Part shown: positions 48,958-59,646 of the stretch, one piece after another
Layout of the letters: each line of letters opens with the position of its first letter
Numbering within the stretch: the stretch's first letter is position 1
From: Anthoceros angustus
Taxonomy: Eukaryota > Plantae > Anthocerotophyta
NCBI GenBank assembly: GCA_010909165.1
Contig: MU008158.1
Span: forward strand, 893,478 to 957,477
Direction of reading: 5' to 3'
DNA length: 64,000 nucleotides
Made by a program: the position numbers and the translations under genes
Notes under the pieces: generated by a model
Seen by the model: only the letters and a program-made list of their open reading frames with translations
What the model was told of the DNA's origin: nothing
The model's database searches: none

Positions 48958-49171
48958 GCTTGCTGTTGCAGTCCGGTGGGAAAACCCTATTCAGCTAGCC
49001 GCTGCAATTCTGGAAGGAAAACCCTATCGAGCTTGCTGTCGCAGTTCTAGAAGGAAAAGCCTATTGGGCTTGCTGGTTCAATTCTGGAAGGAAAACCCTA
49101 TCGGATTTGCTGTAATGTTTGTGGAAGGAAAACCCTATTCAGCTTGTTGAGTTTCTAGAGCGAAAACCTAC
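48958..49171. repeat. ~37-bp minisatellite x6 containing AAACCCTA telo-box motifs
   Basis: Units gcttgctg...ttctRgaaggaaaaccctat; an exact AAACCCTA occurs in 4 units. Confidence 0.8.
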
Positions 49172-51106
49172 ACGGCACTTACTCTTACGTTATTGGATGG
49201 ACGATTCATCTACTTTGTACTTGCATTGTTGGAGTGGCAATCCACTCTGTACTTGTTGTTACATTATTGGAGTGAGAACATTACTTGACATTTGTTGTTG
49301 CAATTTTTGAGTGATCACCCCAAGTCAGCACTTGTTGCATTATTGGAGTGAGAAGCTCACTCAGTACTTGTTCTTGCTATTGCATTGTCCTACCAAGCCA
49401 AAATTTGTGGTCTAAATTTGAAGTAATGTCGAGGCCTCTTGTTGTCATTTTAGGTGAGAATGCTTGTTGTTTGTTTGTTTGTTTGTTTGTTACATGTTGG
49501 ATCATAAACTTATTATATGGATGTAGTTGTGTGAAGGATTAGGCCCAGTGTTGATCCCCTCTGTGTGACTCTCATATGTACATACTAGTATCTTTCTTCT
49601 CAAATTTATTTGGTTCGTGGTTGCAAACTTTATATAGAAGAAATTTAACTTGATCAAGTTTTTGGGTTCTCTTTAGCTTGATCTTTTTCGTGATATTCAA
49701 ATTGCTTTCCTCAAAGTTTGTCACCTTGTATATATCTTCTAATTTTATTAGGATAGTGACTCGGGTTGCCCAAAATTTTAGTGGATTTGTTGTCTAAAAC
49801 TAAGATACGATAATCCATTCTCTTATTTCATGACATCAGAATGGTTGAGTTGTTCCCCTAAGATTTTTGCAAAAAGATCTTCTTACAGCATAATCCTTCT
49901 AATTATTACTTAGATGTGCTTTAAAAGAAAAATAAATTGCACCAAAATTCGTTTCATTCAATATTTTTCATAGATCTAACTATTAAGATATATTATTCAA
50001 AATTTAGAATTAATATATTTATATAAAATTTCTTTTTAAATATGTAATAATAAAGAAAATTCATGGCTTGGGTAAACATTTGTGCCCCTCACCGAGTAGC
50101 AACACTTAAATATAACGTCTAGTTTTACAAGTGCTAGACACAAGCAGACTATTTTGCATAGGTAGGTAGTAAGTTTCTCTAAAATGTTGTTTCTCAAATT
50201 ATTTCAATCATTCTGTTTTGTTATAAGAGGTATAATATATGCAATGAGTTGAAAAGGAATGGTGTTTGAAAGTAGTAGCAAAACCATATGTACTCAAAGT
50301 CACATGAAACAATATTGAAAATATAACTTTTCTAATAAAGATATGAGTATATTTAAGATGTACTATGTTTTGATAGAGAGGTACTGTACTAAATGCAAAG
50401 AGAGAAAATACCTTCAATCTCTTTATTAGTTTACCGGATCATTTATTTTCTACAGGTCATGTAAACATTGAACTTGTATAATCATAAATCTTTTAAATGG
50501 GGATCAATGAAACATGGTAAACCAAAAACTTATGATTTAATTACGTAGGTAGTGGAAATTATTGTATGGATATGAATTAAAATTTTCACCAAATAGAAGT
50601 ACACGTGAGGATTGGGTCTTGCTACCAATTTAAGTGATATTGTCTTTGTTGATCACATGTATATTATAATTTTTTAAGGAAAAAAATCTACTAATAATAC
50701 AAATGAGACTCTAATTTCTTTTGAAATTTGATCTAGAGATTGAATCACAGAAAACTCTTAGTTCCATTCAAATCAATTACATATATTTATATTAAAAATC
50801 ATCTACATTGAATTGATGTAATAGGATTTGGAACCCGCACTTGGTAGAAGCAATATATCTACATATGCCATGCACATTGAACACTTTGACTAGTTATTTG
50901 GTTGTCAACTACAACACTCTAGGGCTTTCCTTGTTTTCTTACTTGTTTTGTTGATTTTGTTTGTCAGCTATGAGACTCCAGAAATTGATTTTGTTGTAAG
51001 CTATGAGACTCCAGAGGTTGATTTTGTTGTTACCTATTTGTTGTTAGCTATGAGACTCCAGATCTTTTCTTATTTTCTTACCGCATTCTAATCTTGTTGG
51101 CCCAAA

Positions 51107-51248
51107 CTGTCTTGTTTAGCCCTCACCCCTGGCCCTGAAGACATGATGACTTGAGAATTGTTCAAGACATTCAGACTCTGTCTTGTTTAGCCCTCACCCC
51201 TGGCCCTGAAGACATGATGACTTGAGAATTGTTCAAGACATTCAGACT
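51107..51248. repeat. Perfect 71-bp tandem duplication
   Basis: ctgtcttgtttagccctcacccc...cattcagact at 51107 and 51178. Confidence 0.95.
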
Positions 51249-51719
51249 TTAGCATGTTAGGAGAATGGTCTAGATGGAAGCATTTCAATGGTTGGATTCC
51301 AAGTTCCTCTAGTCCTCTTATTTCTAACTCATGTGAGAGTTCGATCTTCAACTTAAACTCTGGTCACATGTGTCTTTGAGTAACTTAGAGTTAATATGGT
51401 GGGTCTGGAGGTTTACCGGACTTCCAAAATAGCATAAAGGGCTCGTGTTGCACCATTGTGGCTACAAAGGCATTCCAGTTTTGTAGTAAACTTATACTAA
51501 TTTGCGTTTTACTTACTACATAATAATACATAATTAATTAACTACTCTGGTAATTGAGAGGTATTAGATATTGTTAATTGTTGAGACATGCACTTGTAGT
51601 TATGACTACTATAGCATGTTGATATCCATGACCACGGTGAAACTTCGCATGTTGCGGAGCTTGGGTTTGGATGGACGGATTTACAGAGTTTGGACGGACC
51701 TACGTATGGACGCGATCTC

Positions 51720-51994
51720 GAGTGGTAGGCCCACTTTTGCCAACTTTCGCCCACTTCCGCTCAGGGCTCTAGTTTCTTCTATATCGATGTGACCTGTATG
51801 CTCGTCCTATGTACATGCACTTCCGTATGGAGTTGACGCTTGTATAGACCATATGGAGTGGTAGGGCCATTTCCTCCCACGGCCGCCCACTTCCGGTCAG
51901 GGCTTTGGTTTCCTCGATATCGATGTGACCCATAGGATCTTCCTACGGGCACTTCGGCAACAGGGCTTAGGTTAAGCTCGATATCGATGTGACC
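51720..51994. repeat. Three degenerate direct repeats ending in atatcgatgtgacc
   Basis: Copies 51720-51794 and 51856-51930 (offset 136) and a shorter third at 51947-51994. Confidence 0.8.
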
Positions 51995-52338
51995 TGAATA
52001 CTCTTTCTTCACTTATTAAGGTGATAGATTTAGTTACACATGGACATATCATCCTTACAAAGGACGGATAGCTTGTACTAGATAGTGGAATATATGTATG
52101 TAGATGGAAAAAGCTTTTCACCATGCTCGTACCATGAAGCCAATGGTTACAAAGTGGTCGAGAAAACCAAACTGACGTGCTAGCTCAATTAGTCATAATT
52201 GAATGAGATTATTTTGTGCAGCACCCACGGAGTGACTCCAATTGCATTCTGCAAGTGCCTGGTTGGGATAACAGAGAGCGGCATCAGCTTGTCTGAGTTG
52301 AGGATAGAGGCCGTGGGGCAGGGGGCAGCGGTGCGGCG

Positions 52339-53052
52339 ATGGCGGGAGCTTTGTGTATGGCGTCGCTGCAGGCTTCGCTAGCACAGTGCGGTGTGGCCTC
52401 TCAAGCGCCGCAGCAGAAACAAAAATCGTGGGGCAAGGCCGCGTGCTTCCGCGTACCAGCGCGCGCCTGCTCGGCCCCGCTCCGACTCCAGGCCTTCTCA
52501 GGTCTCCACTCCAGCAACCCCCTCCAGCTCCGCACAGGTGATCACCTCCTCCACGCTTGTCCCCGCCCGCCCTGCCTGCACCTTCCCCGGCACCTGCATT
52601 TCTAATCCTTGGATGCTGCATTTGCCTCCGGTGCGCGGTGTCCAGACCCGGGATTCGAGAGCTCCAGCCTGGGCCTAGGGAATGGCAGCAAGTGGTTTGC
52701 CATGCGGCACGGGAGGAAGGTGCCGAAGCTGGGACGCCCCGCGGACCAGCGCCGCGCGCTGCTCCGGGGCCTCACCACGGAGCTGCTGCGGCACGGCAGG
52801 ATCAAGACGACGCATCCCAGGGCCAGGGCCATGCGGAAGTATGTGGACCACATGATCACGCTCGCCAAGGGCGGATCCTTGCACCAGCGCCGCCAGGCCC
52901 TGGGCTTCCTCTACGACAAGCAGCTGGTGCACTCCATTTTTGCCGAAGTGCCTGGCAGATACGGGGAGAGAAACGGCGGGTATACCAGGATCATCCGGAC
53001 CATGCCTCGAAGAGGTGACAACGCTCCCATGGCGTTCATTGAGTTGGTTTGA
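52339..53052 (+). CDS. RPL17: Plastid 50S ribosomal protein L17 (bL17c) with transit peptide, 2 exons, 201 aa
   Basis: Exons 52339-52537 and 52646-53052; [37 protein letters not shown]...RNGGYTRII...[14 protein letters not shown]. Confidence 0.95.
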
Positions 53053-53407
53053 AGCTTAGCAGTAGAGCAATCTGTCGTAGGATGGATTGGATCCCCGGCC
53101 ACCGAGCTCCCAGTGTTGTGACTGTTGTTAGCTGTGAAGGCTATCAGTCTCCAGCAGCGGCTGTCAGGGATCTCGAACATGCACAATCGTTTACTGTCAT
53201 ATACCAGATTCGTTCCAGATTCAAGGATGAAATACACTACACCCTCGGGCTTCATGGCTCGGAACCCTTAGTGTGTGTGCTTTCCTCGCCTGTGAGATAT
53301 GTTGGCATCAAACACAGCAGGTTACCTAAGCTTGAGTAAAGTACGAAGCAGTTCTGAGGATCGTAGGAAAGGCAGGACCGAGCCCCTCAGGGTGCGGGAG
53401 AGCCGAC

Positions 53408-55049
53408 ATGGCGTGTTGTAGGGCCTGGCAGTGTTCACAGCCTTCTGCGTCTCCGTCTTGCTCCGCTGCTTCGTCCTACGGGGATCGTGGTAATAGGCGG
53501 GACCAGCTTCTGGTTTTGTGTGACGCTGGTTGGATTATGAGCACTTCCGTCATGCTGTGGTTGATGTGCAGCGGCTCTGGAGGTGGATTGTCGGGCATTG
53601 GGGGGGCAGCGGTTTCGGAATGTTGTGAAGGGAGGGAATTTCATCGTCGCCAAGAGGGGGGAGACTCGGCGAGATCAGAAGCCGAAGAAGTACCCTCGGT
53701 GGGATCCGTCGAAGAAGGCTCAGAATTCGTTCAAGAAGTTGCCTAAAGGAGATACGTTCTTGAGGGAGGATGACGTTTTTGGGACACTGCAGACGGCTTC
53801 TGGGGAGGACATCCCGTTGCGAGAGGATCAAGCAGTGGGGCAGGTGGTTGCAGCGCAGGCTAACATAATGCGGGTGATTGTTGTAAGGGGAGGGTCTGTA
53901 GAGGATGACAGCTCAGGGACATTGCTGCTTTGCTATGTGCGGGCACTGCTGAAGAAGATCAAAAAGCGAGTGCTTGTGGGAGACTATGTGTTGATATCTG
54001 GCATTGATTGGCCAAGCAGAAGGGGTATGGTGGAGGATGTCCTGAACCGGAAGTCCGAGATTTTGGATCCTCCAGTTGCGAATGTTGACCACCTGGTTGT
54101 GCTGTTTGCTTTGGATCGGCCCAAGCTTGAACCTGTTGCTTTGAGCAGGTTTTTAGTTGAGGCAGAATCCATGGATATCCCTTTTACCGTCGTATTGAAC
54201 AAGGCAGACCTGGTGTCTGAGGAAGTTATCCAATCCTGGAGAGAGAGGCTCTTGGGCTGGGGTTATGACCCGATTTTCTGCAGCGTCAGTGGAAATACAG
54301 GGCTGTCATCGTTGGCTGAGATTCTGAAGCCTCGGACAACGGTCGTTGTTGGGCCAAGTGGTGTGGGCAAGTCCAGTCTTATCAACGCTCTTGGAATGAG
54401 ACTAGGGGCGAAGTCCTTGGCTTCATTGGGAGACAGTGATGAGGAAACTTGTGGCAACCCTGAAGAAGCTTGTGCAGGCGGGGAGCATCCGGCTGAGGCT
54501 GTTCTGCAAGGAAATGAGCTCTTAGCTGCAAGTGAGGTGTCAGAGAGAAGTGGCAAAGGGCGGCATACAACACGCAATGTCACGCTGTTGGAACTGGCTA
54601 ACGGTGGTGGCAGGCTGGTTGACACTCCAGGCTTCAGCCAACCCAGCCTTGCAAAGTTGACGGGCACCTCAGTGGCAGACTATTTCCCTGAGATCACTAC
54701 TAGGCTTGATGCAGATGAATCCGGCGGTTGTGCCTTTGCGGACTGCATGCATGTGGGCGAGCCAAACTGTGTTGTAGGAGGAGGGTGGGATAGGTATGGT
54801 GATTATGTCGGCTTCTTAGCGGAGGTTAGGAAAAGAGAGGAGCTGCAAAAGAGAGTTCTCGGTACCAAACAGGAGAGTAAAGTTAGGTACAAGACAGGAA
54901 CAATGGGTGTTCTGCAAGCTGAGCCCAGACTCGTGTCCAGTAAGCATCGCCGAGAATCCCGCAAAAGCCTTACTCAATCTGTTGAAGGGGATGTATGGGA
55001 GCAGAGGCAAGACCAACAAGAAGTTGATGAACTTTCCCTCTTTTCATAG
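53408..55049 (+). CDS. RsgA: RsgA/YjeQ circularly permuted GTPase, organelle-targeted, 2 exons, 519 aa
   Basis: Exons 53408-53489 and 53572-55049; G4 NKADL, G1 GPSGVGKSS, G2 GRHTT, G3 DTPG, zinc finger CAFADCMHVGEPNC. Confidence 0.93.
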
Positions 55050-55100
55050 TGCTCCAGTATACCCACCGATCCCTTGGCTTCAGTCCTGTGTCTGAAATTT

Positions 55101-58100
55101 CTACGGCTCTGTATCGGGTCCATTTGATCCCCCCTTGTTGCCGTAATAGTCAGCACTACTTTCCAATCCACCACCCGCCTGGTTAACTTCTGCAGGTTTT
55201 GCATGAGATGCCCCCTGTCGGCTGGACTCTCCTATGCCTTCATGATTGTTTCCTTCTTTACTAGTTGCTTCAGGTACTCTCGCATCTTTAGTGGAGCCCC
55301 CCTGTGTTGTCTCTAATCCTTCGTCAGCCTTGCTAAAAGGTTTCTCATCGTCGTCACCTGCAGGAACCTTCCCTTCAAGTATGTTCTTCATCGTCTCCTT
55401 TTCTGCATGTGCTGCTGAGAGCCTCGAGTCCATGTCCGTCTTCAATCCGTCCACTTCTGCAACTCTGTTAGCCAGCAGGGCTTCAATTTTTCTCTCCAAG
55501 TTTTGAACCTCGTTATCAAGTTCGTTCGATCTCTCTACATCCTTCACTTCTGTGAAGTCCCTCTGGTCAGCTTTTACTCCGCGCATTCTCTCAATATTTT
55601 GGACTTGCTTCTGAATTTCCAACAGTTTGATCTTGAGGCTCTCTGTGAGCAACCTGAGAGCATCAACCTCTTTCTGCAATATCTCTCTGATTCTCATCTC
55701 CTTGGTCCGTTCACCTTTCAAGCATTCATTTTCGTCATTTAAGTGTGTCACTCTCCGTGTAATTGCGTTCTTTTCAACTTTTGCAGTCTTCAGCATGGAC
55801 TCTAACCCCTTCACTTCCGCCTTCAGGTTTTTATTCTCTGCCATTAATTGCTGCAACATCCTCTCAGCCTCCTCCCGCAAGTTCTTCTCGTCCTTGATCA
55901 TGTACTCCAGCTCTCTGTTTCTTGCCAGTAGAGGCTCAAGCGCTTTTCTCAACTCAGCCACCTGAGCTCTTAAGTCAGCAATGATGGTGGCATTGTCATT
56001 TGCAATGCCTTTCCACTTTACTTTCTTGGCGAGAGTTTTGTTGTACTTCTCGGTCATATCCCTCAGACAGTAGTCCAACCATTTGACCTTTTCCTCAAGG
56101 GCAGCGTTACTTCTTTCCAAAGACATCCGGGCTTGCGTTTCTGTGGCCAAAAAAGCTCTGAGTTGTTGAAGCTCTGCAGTGTTGGTGTTTTGCTGAGCTG
56201 TGCTTTCTGCCGCTTCATTCTGTAGGCGCGCTATTCCTTGGCTTTGGTCTTCGTTAACCATGCGGAGTTCAGTCACTCTTCCTCGGAGTCTCGTGAGTTC
56301 ATCCTCCGCTAGACTCAGCAACTGTTCAACTGTACGTTTTTCGAACGCAAGGTTGGCTACGCGTTGATCTGCATCGCTCAGTTGCAAGTTCTGCTGCGAT
56401 AGGAGTCGCCAAGTATCGTTAGACTGCTTCTCCAGCCAGGATCGCTTGTCCCTCTCCTCCTTTGTGCTGTCTTCCATTTTGTGCAGTTCGGCTGTCAGTC
56501 TGTAAAAGTCCTCACCTGCTTCGTCCAGCCTTTCCATCAAAATGGAGGACGGGGTACATCCTACACCTTTGTCAAATCGGTCCACTAGGACCTTCATCTT
56601 CGCTAGGAGTGAAGGCCTCAGAGTGATAAATCGGGGTCGTGCTTGAGCCATCCGTGACAAGGCAACCACTCCCAACGTCAAAGCATGTATAGACTTGTCT
56701 TTTTGGTTAATCAGAGACTCCAAGGTATGTGTCGCTTCAAGTTTCTCACTCTTCTTCTCAGCAAGTAATCCGCGGAGATGGCCTATTTCCAGCACAATCT
56801 TCTCCTGCTCTGCAAGCAGGTTCTCATTTCCCTGGACCCAACTCTGGACTTCATCTGCCAAGAAGGTAGCCTCTAGCACTTTCTCGTCACAGATCCTCGT
56901 CTTTTCTCGAACTAGAAGCCGCATTCTAGCCATTGACGCATTGCAATCAGCCATTTCCTGGTCAAGACTAGCTAACTTGAGTAGTAAATCAGTGTTCTCG
57001 GCCCTCAGATCGGACCCATCCTTCCTCATCGCGTCATTTTCGTTTTCCAGATGTGCAACTTCGCTGATTTTCTGCCCCAACTGTTTCCACAGTCACAACA
57101 ACCTCTGCCTGAGACTGTCTGATGGAAGCTGAGTCAGACAGAAGCTGAGTAACAGAAGATCCAAACGTAAGGTGGCTAGAGGTAAATGACCTGCTGTTTA
57201 AGTTGATTCATAAGCTGAAGATGTTGGTCGGCTTCTTTCCTCCTCCTTTCTTCTTTGTACAACTCCTCTTCTACTCGCGCAGAGCTTTGCTGCAGTTTCT
57301 TTCCATGGTCCTTCTCAAGAGCTAGGGCCTCCTGAAGCTTCAGCAGCTTCCTAATGTCTTGCCACGAAAAGCAGCAAAGTCAAAACAGAGTTGCTTTCTA
57401 CCAGAAAACAGAGATAGAAGAGGTGCAAAGACGCGATGCTGCTTGTCTGTCAAACCTACGCTTTCAAAGAATCCACTTCATCAATCTTTTTCGCCTCATT
57501 CAAAGATGCATTGTGTTCATCCAGCTTTGCTCTCTTCATCATTCTTGTGGCGTCCACAGCCTAAGCGCCCAAAACCACAAGCAAAAAGACTCCATCACTT
57601 TAACATGTGCCATTTTGTATAAAACCTGCACTTCAATGACATCTGGCCCCCAGTGATTGATGCGCTTGTTTGTCCAACTTGGCCCTTCTACTGATGGTCG
57701 TTGCCTCCACAGCCTAGTCACCAAGCCAGAACACACAAAAGCCTATCACTTCTTCTCAACTTGACATTTGGTCAAACTACTACATCCAGACCTAGTTCTG
57801 TGCTTGTTGAGACATATAGCCAGTGGCTGCTGGCTACACAGTTAGTGCCATGAGGAAGAAGGCAATAAGCCTTTCCTCTCAGAGGCATGATCGTCCTGGA
57901 ATTGGCCTGTCTGACAATCTGAGAATATCAACATGCACATGGGGAAAAAAATCACGGAAATCACAAACGGTTCCTACAATGGCATCCGCAGCAAGTGGCG
58001 ACAAGCAAGGAGGCTAGGGGGGAAACCTGTGCGACAGCTTCTGCTCGTGATTGTTCTGCTTTAGAGCATTTGTCCACCAGGGCATGGATTTGACCTTCCG

Positions 58101-59183
58101 AATCTTTTAATCTTCGTTCAAGATCTCGGACCTGCAGAAGAGAGAGCTCAGATGCTGTGCTAAACATTCCACGGAGACCTTCATAGCAGTGACGACTAGT
58201 TATCGAACATTGTATCTGTTTGCTGACGAACCTCTTGCAGCCTTGTGTCTTCCATTGCATTCTCTTCAGCTAATGTCTCGCTTAGCTGTATCTGCTTCAT
58301 AAACTCCAGGGACAGTCTATCAAGGGCTCCATTGAGGCAGCCTCGTGTCACTCTGAGCTCATCCTGCGCCTGCTTCTTCTGGTCCACCAAGTCTGCAATT
58401 TCCACCCGGAGCCCAATCTGCCAACAACAGACAACAATCAGCCACTGCCCTGCCAGCTATCTCTCTCTCAACTTCGCAACGTAGATCAGAAACACAAAGT
58501 CCACAACGACACGACCTTGCTCTGCTCCTCACACAGCCGAATGTATGCACGCCAAAAGCATCCCACAAGAAACGACTTCCCCAGGCTATGAAAGCACAGC
58601 TCCTTGATCACGTCATAACAACCAGCAGAGTAGACATACAGCATGCGGTACCCTCTTTCAACTTCCGCCTCTGAAAGCCCATATCTGGCAAGCTGCTGTC
58701 GGGAAAGATTGTACTCTGTCAGGCCCGTATCATCGGCATCCACAGACCTGGGGAACAGTCACGATTCCACAATTCTCAGCCAGGGCCCATCAACCCCTAG
58801 CCCATCCCACACCAACCCAAAAGCAGAATCATTTACATGCACAAGCTGTAGCGGGAGGTGACAGGTGGGGATGGACGTTTCAACATGAGATTGAGCCAGT
58901 CCTCCAGAAGCACGCTTTCATGCTGATGCTGGGATATGGGCTTGGAGCCATTTCCATCGTTCTGCTGCAGCCCAAGGAGTGGAGAATCCAAGGAAGGATG
59001 CTCCGGCATTGATCGGGGAGACCTGATGTAAGTGCGAATGTGGTCTGCCTGTGTATGCCGGGATGGCATATCGTCGGCATCCTCGATTGGCACATCATTG
59101 GGCACCTTTTGGCGGGTAAAGAGGCCCAGCGACCAGGCCGGGCCTCCGCCTCTCACTGACAGATGCTCCTCCATCCCGCTCAT
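55101..59183 (-). CDS. Uncharacterised long coiled-coil protein, ~1036 aa, at least 7 exons
   Basis: Frame-consistent GT-AG model: 59183-58837, 58747-58516, 58417-58232, 58131-58027, 57560-57460, 57350-57191, 57080-55101 (3111 nt). Last exon is rich in E/K/L heptads. Function unknown; start tentative. Confidence 0.75.
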
Positions 59184-59646
59184 CAGTCTGGCATCATGTC
59201 ACCCGCCTTCATTGTCGATTTGCAACCGACGGTGCCAATTCCAATGGTCCTGGAAGCACCCAGGAAAAGAGCAACATGGAAAATATTTCTTAGGTAGCAA
59301 TTATTTCAGAAAATTAATACATACATATTCCTCCTTAACCTCGGTATGCTTCTAGGTGAAGTTAACTGCCTAGGTAGGTAGGTATATAAGCGTAGGTCAG
59401 GCAACGAAACAAATATGAATGCGAACAGCGAACCAAAAGCCTCAACTTGATACACCATCGTTACACAATCTGCACATGCCGCCCACGGAGTGGGTGCCGC
59501 CGCCAGCACCTGAATCACCTGGTAGGTTGCACGCAAGCACCACATTTCAATGGGGTGAGTGTGTAGGTTGTCGCTAGGCGTTGCTGTCGTTGCACAGGGT
59601 TCTGACGGAAATTATGATGCTAGTTACCAAAAGTTGCGCTCGTCGG

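Noticed and set aside
48936-49582. Solo LTR with TGTAC...GTACA ends
   Set aside because: Flanks (taggt / tacta) give no target-site duplication.
51720-51994. CRISPR-like repeat-spacer appearance
   Set aside because: Repeats are degenerate, unevenly spaced and only three; eukaryotic context, no cas genes.
52050-52082. Helitron 3' end (small hairpin plus CTAG)
   Set aside because: Stem is only 5 bp and AT-rich, CTAG is followed by A rather than T, and no 5' TC end was found.
52339-55049. Organellar or bacterial DNA insertion (rpl17, rsgA)
   Set aside because: Both genes have transit-peptide-like N-termini and spliceosomal introns, so they are ordinary nuclear genes.
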